Shown here piece by piece: positions 52,773 to 64,000 of a stretch of DNA of 64,000 nucleotides (the first letter of the stretch is position 1; each line of letters opens with the position of its first letter). A program made the translations under genes and the position numbers. Where the stretch lies: contig NC_043001.1 in assembly GCF_006345805.1 (NCBI RefSeq), forward strand, positions 123,256,001 to 123,320,000, in the 5' to 3' direction. The DNA comes from Octopus sinensis (taxonomy: Eukaryota). The notes beneath the pieces were generated by a model, which worked only from the letters and a program-made list of their open reading frames with translations, searched no databases and was not told the DNA's origin.

Positions 52773-53090
52773 TTCTCTTTTCTTTCTCTCCTTCGTCTGT
52801 CTGCCTGTTTCTCTCCCCTATCTCTCTGTCCATCTTTCTTTCGTTCTTTCTTTCTTTCTTTCTTTATCCCCTTTTCTTTCTCTTCACTTCCCTATTTATC
52901 TATTTATCTGTCTGTCTGTATGGTATATGTATCTGTCTAGTTAACTACAGTGTATGCATTATGTTCGTATGTATGCATGCATTCATGCATGCATGTATGT
53001 TTGTATGTATGCATATACGTACGTATGTATGATTTATGTATGTATGTATGTATGTATGTATGTATGTATGTATGTATGTATGTATGTATG

Positions 53091-53184
<94 letters not shown>

Positions 53185-53294
53185 ACCGTTTCTATATCTG
53201 CACGAAGGTAAAACTGTTGAAGAGAGATAATGACAGTACCTACAAGCATACAAAGCGTCCATTAATTTTATCATTTTATTTCGCTTCCCTACGG

Positions 53295-53371
<77 letters not shown>

Positions 53372-54190
53372 CATATATATATATGTACATATGTCTACAT
53401 ACACAAACATACTTACATATAAATACACACACATCTACTGACATTAGTATGGAAAGTTTGGGTGACTACCACAAACACATGGACACACACAGAGACACAC
53501 ATTCCCTCACACACAAAAACGCGAAAACTCACACCTCACACCCTCTCCTTACCTACCTCACATGCATATACACACTTACATACAAAGTGGAAATTTCGAA
53601 GAACATAAAAAGAAATGGAAGCTACTTCACATCCTCTATGACTCTACAAAGACATAAAAACATACGTCTGCACTTAAATGCTATTTATTTGGTTTCGCTG
53701 TCATGAATGAATGGACTGAATGCGATGAATTTCGAAATAATTATATTTCATTATCTTCTTTACACCTTCGCAAAACTATTGATTCAATTTCGATCCCTCC
53801 ATTAAACGTTTTTCCAAGAGATCTCATAGACACACGCATTCGCATGCGTCAAGTCGTACGCATACATCGACGCGCAGTCAGAAGTACATTTGCAAGCAGA
53901 GATGCAGAATCAGACAAAGGCAATCACATGCATACACACTCACTCACTCACTCACTCACTTACTCACTCTCTCTCTCTCTTATATAAACTGATGCATACA
54001 AATGTACACAGGTACATAGATGCAGATAGATATCGATATAGGCACACACACATATACACATGTATATATATATGTAGGTGATATAGATATCAAACAATAT
54101 TACATGAACACCAATCACCGGAATGCTGATTTGCGAACAGTGTATATACAGGCAAGCACACAAACTCACATAAACACACACAAACCCAGA

Positions 54191-54268
<78 letters not shown>

Positions 54269-56471
54269 TATCAAATATATTATATCATACATTCATTCAT
54301 GCATACATACATACATACATACATATTTATACACATATATGTTTATACATGTTTATACATGTTTATGCATGCATATATGTATATATATGTATATATATAT
54401 GTACACACATATAATGCACATATACATATGTATTTAGATATATGAACGTGCATACATACATCTATACATACATACATACATACATACATACATAATATAC
54501 ATACGTAATATACATACAGAAAGTAGAGGGATACTTAAGGTGTTATGAGTCGTAAAAACTTACCGTGTGAATACAGAGAGATAAAGAGAACAATTCGTAA
54601 ACGGTTGAAGTCGTTGGTGAATACATATTGTTGTGCGTTCAACTATCTGTGTTCGCTTTATACGGGCATATTCATGTGGTTGCAGGCAGCATAATTTGCG
54701 TTAAATTTTCACAGAATGTGTGAATATAAGTATAGGTTTCCTTATTTGTGTACGCAAGCTCACCGCCATATATATATGTATACGTTTTTCACTAACACGT
54801 ACGCTCATACACACAAGTGTGCAAAGTCAATACACATAATTATACAACAGTATCAATAACGAAAAAGCAAAAAGGAGAATATGATAAAAACATGTAAGCC
54901 ACGCCATACATCATATATCATACACTACACTATACATTCGCGGATGTAATGGCTTCTGCATCACGTAACTTACAGAACAATGCCAAATGCACAAAAAATT
55001 GCGCAACTAAATATAATGCAAATACAAATGCATGCTGTACAAATGATAGCATGCTTAGTATACATAATAATATTGAATACAATTACAGCGTGCAAACGAC
55101 ACACAATAGGTAGCAACACGCAATGTCAAGTAACTTAACATATAACGTAGAAGTTGAAGAAAACTATATATATTATACAGCGATGTTTCACAGTGTACAA
55201 AGATGATGGGGTTACAGGGGCAATGCACAATGTACTACATACATAATGGAACTTAAAGACAATATACAAATACCTATATGGAGTCATATCCATACGTTTC
55301 ATAAATGTATTTAGTGGAGTGTTTAGGATGTTTGCTTCGCAAAGAAGAGGTCTCGACTTCAGTATATTTTACCAAAGCGTTGTGTCGACCCAAGTGGACG
55401 AAAAGATCCCTCCACAGGATTGTGTTATAACTTGATACACAGGGCATATTTCCTGGCGTCTTATATGATACATATTGCCAATTCTTTCCAATCACCATAG
55501 TAACTTGGAATTTATGAAAAGACAACGTGTGAAGCAAGGGCTAACTAAAAGTCAGAAAACAAGCATAGATGTTTAGGACAAACTAATGAAAAAGGTTTTG
55601 GACAGATAAAGGGTTAAAAGTACACGTATCTGTGTACAGCAACTGTTACACATTAATTCAATAAGTAGGTCATTCTGATGGAGAAGCTGGGGGTTCAAAC
55701 GTCAACCTCGACTGTAGTGTCAATCGTCTACAGTCTGGTTGTGAAATCGTGTCCTGAATTTAAACCAGGGCCTTTAAAATAAATTGTAATGGGAATCGAA
55801 CTGAGTAGGTTCGTATCTCTTAAAACTCATCAGAGATAACTTAATTCTGTCTTTTAATTCACCTAAATAAAGGATAGAATACTTACAGTGGCCATACAAA
55901 GTATGCCACAGGAGAATATAACATACAAGTTTATATAACTTAAAGTTTACTAAACAGTCACGAGCGATATATTTGGGTCAAAGAGAAAACATCTGTGTGG
56001 CCACAACACTTGCTAGAATAGCAAAACAAATCTTTCTCAAATCACACACTACCGTTATAAAACAGGAAGGATACATTGAGAAATGTAGGCCTTAGGTTAA
56101 ACTTAAAAACAAAATTATAGACATGGTCGAAATTCCTGGGATGGTAACGGTTGTAGGACTTTTGATTACAGGTCCTCTCAATAAAGGCAGACGTAGTCTA
56201 AACAATATATGTTTTGACATTAGTTTCGTGTATAACGACGGAGAAATGGAGGCAAATCGCTACATGATCACTTGCACTGCTAGAAAAAGTAAACTAATTT
56301 CCCTCGGATCATGCACTAATGTATGGTAGAGGAAAAGAATAGATGAACTAGTTATAGCTGTAATGACGTTGAGCTTAGGTTTGGTTAGTCAGGATTTCCC
56401 TAGGGTTGGACAACGTTAGCTGCAGCAATGGAGAAATTCGAATACGAAATTGTTTATGAAGAGAGAAAATG
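50996..56471 (+). repeat. About 70-bp duplicated segment (50996-51063 and 56403-56471)
   Basis: gggttggacaacg...gcagcaat.ga.aaattcgaatacgaaattgtttatgaagagagaaaa. The second copy runs into the assembly gap. Confidence 0.85.
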
Positions 56472-56571
56472 NNNNNNNNNNNNNNNNNNNNNNNNNNNNN
56501 NNNNNNNNNNNNNNNNNNNNNNNNNNNNNNNNNNNNNNNNNNNNNNNNNNNNNNNNNNNNNNNNNNNNNNN
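56472..56571. other. Assembly gap (100 N)
   Basis: Run of 100 N. Confidence 1.
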
Positions 56572-56875
56572 ATAAAAAGCGCTTAAGCCCAAAACCATTA
56601 ATTGATAACAAATATATTTAGGACATTATAGTTGAAACGAGAAAATGAAAAACATAAAAACAAGGATAAAAATGAAAATAAAAATAAATATATAACGATT
56701 ACATGATGGACTTCATTTTATTTCACTAACGAGAAAATAGATTAGATTTCTAGCATGATATTTCTTTCTATTGCAAGGAAAAGACTCGGCCGATGAAAGC
56801 CTAGTATACAATGCTATAGAGAATTTTACAAGGAGAAAAACAAATCAAAACAAAACCAAAGAAAGAAAAAACGAC

Positions 56876-57215
56876 GGCGTGACTGTGTGGTAAGAACAGG
56901 TTCAAGCGAGATACCACGTGACTTCGTATTCAACCGCATTGTGTGGCACCTTGGGCAAGTATCTTCTACTATGGTGTCGGGCCAACCAAGATCTTGCGCG
57001 TGGATTTGGTTGGAAGATGGAAACTGAAAGAAGCCTCTCTGTGTGTATATGTGTGTATGTGTGTGTATGTGTGTGTGTGTGTGTGTGTGTTTGTCCCATC
57101 AGCGCTTGTACCAGGTTTAAAAGTACTGGGGTCGATTTGTTCGACTTAAATCCCTCAAGGCGATGCCACAGGATGGCCACAGTTCAATGATTGAAACAAG
57201 TAAAAGATAAAAGAG
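56876..57215 (+). mobile_element. SINE family B (diverged)
   Basis: gtgactgtgtggtaag...gtggcaccttgggcaagtatcttctactat...gaaactgaaagaagcc. Confidence 0.8.
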
Positions 57216-57857
57216 AAATAAAAGATAAAAAAGAAAACAAAACATAACACCCCCCACCAAAAAAACAACAACAAAAAAAAACAAAAAAAATTAGAAGATT
57301 AATTATAGAAACTGAATTAAAAGCAAAATAGAATGTGCGGCATAGCACAAAGATTCCTGTCCTTAGCAACATGCTAAAAACCACGGCCGGTCTGTTTTCT
57401 TATGACGGAGAGAAATTTGACTTTAACAGCCGAAAATGTCAGATCCAGCCATAACAGTCTGAAATAGACAGAAAACCATTGCATTGATTATAGCATTGAC
57501 GTACCTCTCGCCATCAGCACCAGCACGAGCATCACCAGAATCAACACTATCATCATTACAACCACTAGCGTCAGCCCAACCAGTAACATCGCCTCATAAC
57601 TACGACTACTAACTCTTCACCATTAATAATTACTTCATCTAGTACAAGGAAGCATATACTTGATAGTTTAACCTGTTAGAAATAGCAGCAAAATTACTCT
57701 CAAGTCTTATTCTATTGTCTTAGAATAAAGAGACATTTTCTAGATACACACTACCTGTAAAATAGACGGAGTTAATCATGATTTCCACAACTTTGGTCAT
57801 AGGTCGAACCTGCTGAGGACTGGAGTAGTTTTAATAATGCACCTGTATACTTATATA

Positions 57858-58074
57858 AAGGCAGCTAATTGGCAGAATAGCAAGGTGGGCAAAATTCTTA
57901 GCAGCGTTTCGTTCGTCTTTACGTTTTGACTTCAATCTCGTCGAGGTCAGTTTTGCCTTTCAACCTTTCGGGGTCGAGAAACTAAGAACCAGCTGAGCAC
58001 TGGGAATCGGTGTAGTCGACTTAATCCCTTCCCCCGAAATTGCTGGCCTTGTGCAAAAGTTTGAAACCAATATT
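57858..58074 (+). mobile_element. SINE family A (diverged)
   Basis: ggcagctaattggcagaatag...gcctttcaacctttcggggtcga. Confidence 0.8.
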
Positions 58075-59761
58075 TACACACACACACAAACACACGCGCG
58101 CACACACTCACAAAAATACACACACATACATACGTACATATATATACGAGCAAAACGCCCCCCGTCCCATGGATAGTGCTGAGTTGTCAAACATTTAAAC
58201 TAAATTTTCTCAAAACAACTTGTCCGACCATCCCATAGCTCTCCCCTTTGAGAAACACTGATTTAACCTAAATTTGAGCCACCAGCAAAAGAAGAAATAA
58301 AGATAGACTTTTTTTCTATTCCAAAGAAAAACGATTTTATTCACACAAATATGCAACCGAAGATTTTAAGTACCAGTAATGATAAGGCTGTTGACTGGAA
58401 GAACACAAACATGGTTTAAACAGTAAGCTTGGCAGGAAAGAAACGTGCCCTTAAGCAGTACAAAAACATCAAAAAATGGAAGGTGTAGTTATGTACAGGT
58501 TGACGGAAGAAAAGCAGGACAAAAACGGCTTTACCAATCGCATTCTCACCTGGAGTCAATTTTTGTAATTTTTACAAGACTTATACACTCCCTGATACCG
58601 TCGGTATCTAGATATCAAATTTGAGCGCAATCGGATGGAGGATGCCCGAGATTCGAGAAGACACACACACAGACATACAGGCAGAACGGATTTTATATAA
58701 GATGTGTGTGTGTGTGTGTGTGTGTGCGTGTGCGTGTGTGTGTGTGTATGTGTGTGTGTGTGTGTTTATACGTATCTACAGGAAGAGTGCTGACAATGAC
58801 TACGAAGTTTTGGACTTCATCGGAGTGTCGGATATATATATATATATATATATACATATGTATATATACATATACATACATACATATACATATATATATA
58901 TACATACATACACATGCACACATACATATATGTATATATACATACATACATGTATACACGTGTATATAAAAAAATATATGTGCATATATCTGTATATATA
59001 TATACATATATGCACACAAACATGTATATATGTATATATATATATTATGTAGACATACACCTATACGCACAAATACACAAACACACACACACACACATTG
59101 TTTATGTGTGCGTGTGATGAGTGGAGATGATGCGTATATGAGTGCGTGTATGAAGAGTGAAGAGTGTGTGATTGTGTGTTTTTTAAAATGTGAAGTTTGC
59201 ATTGAAGGAAATTGGTCGATAGTGAAAGAGGGAGCGAGAGAGAGAGAGAGAGAGAGAGAGAGGAAGAGAGAGAGGGAGAGATGAAGAGAGAGAGGGAGAG
59301 GGGCAGAGAGAAAAGCGCGTGGTGTGATGTGCAAGATTTACCCTTCATCAGACATATTATGATCGATCTATCGACCTAGTATTTACTTATTTAGCCATAG
59401 TCTACAGGGAGTAGTTAGTATATTTACTAAACATCTACAAGCTATCAGATACTAAGTCAATATAAACATATCAGTCTGTGGTATATCTATGTAGTAAACA
59501 TCTCGCAACAATGGTTTTCATAGGTCAAACTTAGAACAAAATCTATTGTTTCCAGCCAAGATCTACAAATTATGTTTGTGTGATTAAGAAGTTCTGTTCG
59601 GAAATACATTGTTTCCGGTTCATTGTTTTTGATCTCCTTGCATGGCACCTTGGGCAAAGTTGTTTTTCCTCATATCCTCGACTCGACCAAAGATTTACTT
59701 GAATGACATTTTCCTGGTTTCAAATTGCAGCCATAATCCAGTGTATATATATACATATATG

Positions 59762-59992
59762 TTTCTTTACTACCCACAAAGGGGCTAAACATAGAGGGGA
59801 CAAACAAGGACAGACAAACGGATTAAGTCGATTACATCGACCCCAGTGCGTAACTGGTACTTAATTTATCGACCCCGAAAGGATGAAAGGCAAAGTCGAC
59901 CTCGGCGGAATTTGAACTCAGAACGCAACGACAGACGCAATACCGCTAAGCATTTCGCCCGGTGTGCTAACGTTTCTGCCAGCTCGCCGCCT
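59762..59992 (-). mobile_element. SINE family A (young, near consensus)
   Basis: Nearly identical to the 35115-35347 copy. Confidence 0.95.
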
Positions 59993-60415
59993 ATATATAT
60001 ACATATATATCTGTTAAGGAGAGTCACATATGTATTCCGTTCGTTCTATTCTTCTGGTCATTTGTCTCTGTAGTAGAATACGTGGTGACCGTCATCATAT
60101 ATTTATCAATCCTCTACTAATATGGACAATTCCTACAGTTCATGCTTCATTAAATAAACGTCCACTACTCGTGAACAGGAACAACTCGGGAAATCATTTT
60201 ACTAGAAACAGTAGCCAGTGTCTTTCAAATCTTAAAAAGGAAGAGCGCTTTACATGGTATAGTCTTAGGTGCAATGTGAAAAATGAAATTAATAAGCTTG
60301 TCAAGACTAGAACACTTTCGTCCGTATGCCGGTCTAAAAGATAATGTCATGGAATTGAACAACAGTAACAACAACATCAACGACAATGACAACAACGGCA
60401 AAAACAACAGCAGCA

Positions 60416-60461
<46 letters not shown>

Positions 60462-60909
60462 TAATATCATTCCTACCGGAAGAACATATTGCTTGAGATA
60501 TTTCTAGATATTCATAGAAAAAGGATCAACAGAAACATCTTGAAATTGGACTCTACCTATTCAAAGCCTGTAGACGATGGTCTTTCTAGTAAATCTACTA
60601 AAACTTTAGGTTTATCTCGTTAGTATCTACAGACGGATGCTTAAGAAGTTTGTATTGCAAACGCAAAACCTCCTGCTGGATCTATTATAACCTCACCGAG
60701 TGAAATGGGGGTAGATGAAAACAACGTGGAAGCCCGTCGGATGAACTGTTTGTGTAGTTTAAAGAGCAGTTTTGTTACATATTATCTGAGAGTTTCATTA
60801 AAATGGAATATCCAGCCACTTACACGCTAAATCAATGTGCAGATAATTCAATTGAACAACTAAACAACTGAATACTCTGCGTTACAACCGACGGACATCC
60901 AAACCGCAC

Positions 60910-60965
<56 letters not shown>

Positions 60966-61140
60966 TATATATAACTTTTTATTGAAAATTGCATACGCGC
61001 AGACATACAAGCACACATACACGAGTGAGTGGACAAACAGAAGAAAGATGCACGCATATTAGGAGGTGTATAAATTAATAACTCTTCTCTAGATGCCTGA
61101 CGAGATAGGTTCGTTCTACGAGCCTACAAAGCTTGAGTTA

Positions 61141-61202
<62 letters not shown>

Positions 61203-61656
61203 GATACACACATATCTAAAGATATATTATATGTGTGGGTGGTTATCTCAGTATATTGCTCAAACATTCTTCTTGCGTTATCTTATATATGTGTAGTCTG
61301 GCTTTTTATGAATCTCAGGATAAATGCTTATCGTAACATATCTATCTACTGCTAATCCATCTATCATCCATCCATGTCTCTGTGTCTGTCTCCTGCTAAC
61401 TATGTATCTGTCTGCCTATCTATCTATCTATCTATCTATCTGGTCTGTCTGTCTGTCTACATCTATCTATCTATCTATCTATCTATCTAATATATTCTAT
61501 CTATCTATATTTCGTCCTTTCAATCTTTGTAAACATTGTTGAGAAGTAATCCACTGCTTATGAAAGCTGAAGAAGTATATCCTGTTTGTTTCCTTTTTCC
61601 TATTGGCTTTTTCCGATTATATTTCTTCAATTAGTTCTGATAATATTTATGTACAT

Positions 61657-61687
<31 letters not shown>

Positions 61688-62383
61688 AACAAACACAGAC
61701 ACTCACACATATATATATATATTTCTTTTCTCTACATTATTGTTTCTTATTCATTTATCATACGAGAAAGACAAAGAGATAAATACAATGAAAGACATAG
61801 ATAGACAAATAGATAAAATGAGAGAGAGAGAGAGGCAAAGAGGGAGAAAGAACGAAAGTGAGAGATGTACTAAAAGAAAAGTAGCATAAACCAAAAACAA
61901 TAAATTAAACGTGCATCCCCCTCCTCCCCGCCTTCTCACTCTTCTCTTCCTACTTAATATTCATGAGGCAATTCTGATCAGATGATGTTAAAATTGTTAT
62001 GAGTTTGGTGTTGCATTTTTATGTGTTTTTGTTTTGACGTTTATTATGTTTTTGCAAGAGACCTCATTAGTCACACGACGAAATTGAACTGCCTGCCATT
62101 AGTTTATTATAAACATGTATCATGACAAATGTTGCAACATAGAGAAGAACAATCAATGGGCATTGATTGTTTTTTTAATGCTTTCTACGTACACACATAT
62201 ATATACACACATATATACACGCAGAAAGAGAGATAGAGAGAGGGGGAGAAAGAGAGACAACCACACACATATATGTACATATATTCATATACACATATAC
62301 ATATCTATATATGTATATATAAACATACATATACATATGCACATTATATAAATGCGTTCATAAAATACACGTATATACATAGG

Positions 62384-62417
<34 letters not shown>

Positions 62418-62515
62418 ATATATATACCTATATATATAATTATTTATATACACACATATATATTATTTATATACGTGTATTATATATATATAACTCACGT
62501 ATTATATATTTTGTG

Positions 62516-62547
<32 letters not shown>

Positions 62548-63199
62548 ATCATACACATATATATTCACCTACACACCTACACACACATATAAATATACAT
62601 ACATATGCATACATTCATAAGCATATACATACATACTCACACTCACATATATGCATTGAGACATGCACGGTAACAGTGGTATAGATACCTACACACACAT
62701 ATCTATGCATTCACATACACACCACACACTTATGCACGCGCTCATCTATACATATTTATATTTATGATTGCATTTTCACCCACACCATCTTAGCATACTC
62801 CTCAACCTACATCAATGCCACCACCACCACCACCACCACCACGGCCGCCGCTGCCACTACCACCAATAACAGCAGCATCACCGCCATTACGTCGTCAACG
62901 TTCATTCTAACGTTCTTATCTTATTTAGGACGCAAACCTAATAATACATTTGAAAAACATTGATAAAAGAAGACAGTCAAATCAGAATGCAAAACACGTA
63001 GGTTTGTTAAGATATCTTCATGCTTTCCACAATGGTAAAGAGATGATGAGATGAGGAAGGTGGATTGTACTGGGAAAGAAATGATGGATTGGTGGGATTC
63101 GGAAGAGAAACGGAGATAGGAAATAATGACGGATTAACGAGAAGGGTAATTACTGATTTCCCTAGAGTTAATGTGAGGATGCATGGGTACATGCGGTTG

Positions 63200-63660
63200 C
63201 GTATGTATGTATGTATGTATGTATGTATGTATGTATGTATGTATGTATGTATGTATGTATGTATGTATGTATGTATGTATGTATGTATGTGTGTGTATGT
63301 ATGTATGTATGTAGGTATGTATGTATGTATGCATGTATGTATGTATGTGTTCATGTGCGTGTGTATGTATGTGTGTGTATGTTTGTATGTATGTGTGTGT
63401 GTATGTATCTTTGTATGTATGTGTGTATGTGCGTCTGTATGCATGTATGTATGAATGCATGTATGTGTATGTATGTACGTATGTATGTTTGCACATATGT
63501 ATGCATGTATGTGTGTGCATATATGTACGTGCAAACATGTATGTATGAACCTGTTCATGAACTTATGGTGTGTAGATTGTATGTGCATATACATGTGTGT
63601 ATATGTGTGTGTGTACGCACAAGCACGCACACACACACATATATAGACAGATATAGGCAT
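63200..63660. repeat. (ATGT)n/(GT)n compound microsatellite
   Basis: Source of the long MYVC/HTYI ORFs. Confidence 0.95.
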
Positions 63661-63694
63661 ACATGCCTACCATATACGCATCGATTAGCCGATT

Positions 63695-63728
<34 letters not shown>

Positions 63729-63921
63729 TCCATGTATATGTATACATATACGCATAGACATCAATATATACACGAGTGTTTTTGTTCTTATGTGTTGTGT
63801 GTGTAAGTGTTTGTTTGTTGTGTGTGTGTGTGAGTGTGTGTGCGCGTAGCATTCTTACGCTATTTTCACTCACAAATGTTCAAATACATTCTACGAAGAT
63901 GAAACCATACATTGATTAGGG

Positions 63922-63956
<35 letters not shown>

Positions 63957-64000
63957 CACACACACACACACACACCACACACACACACACACACACACGT

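Noticed and set aside
55274-55537. 87-aa minus-strand ORF with a possible acceptor and donor
   Set aside because: No recognisable domain, and ORFs this long are expected several times by chance at this base composition.
55800-55835. CTGATGAgt...acGAAccTA hammerhead-like string on minus
   Set aside because: GAAA is incomplete and stem I does not pair.
57506-57640. Hydrophobic minus-strand frame MLLVGLTLVVVMMIVLILVMLVLVLMAR ending G|gtacgt (could act as a signal-anchor exon for 11895)
   Set aside because: Derived from a degenerate (GGT/GAT/GCT)n triplet tract of a kind common in this window; the hydrophobicity is probably a repeat artefact.

Overview
AT-rich animal genomic DNA, most likely an octopod cephalopod judging by its SINE families and very dense compound microsatellites. 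The window is almost entirely intronic or intergenic. Nearly all ORFs in the supplied track are artefacts of (TA)n, (CA)n, (ATAC)n, (ATCT)n and triplet repeats. There is one 100-N assembly gap, and I found no rRNA, true tRNA gene or CRISPR array. One well-supported host coding exon lies on the minus strand (11650-11895: phase 1/1, acidic, with a D/E-flanked SGSG glycosaminoglycan-attachment-type motif). Weaker downstream exon candidates could make this a perlecan-like (SGSG then SEA) or other proteoglycan gene. The rest is mobile DNA: four tRNA-derived SINE families (several with clear TSDs), Penelope-like RT/GIY-YIG fragments, a fossil hAT transposase, a non-autonomous Helitron, RTE and R4/Dong-type LINE ends, and several foldback/MITE elements. 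The most interesting signal is a set of short elements, mostly sitting between (TA)n tracts, that carry type I hammerhead ribozyme folds. One looks catalytically complete (minus strand, 1125-1215), one is nearly complete (24576-24629), and several have decayed, often by changes at CpG sites. There is also a Penelope remnant with inverted pseudo-LTRs around an uninterrupted GIY-YIG endonuclease frame (34251-35494). All calls were made by eye, without database searches.
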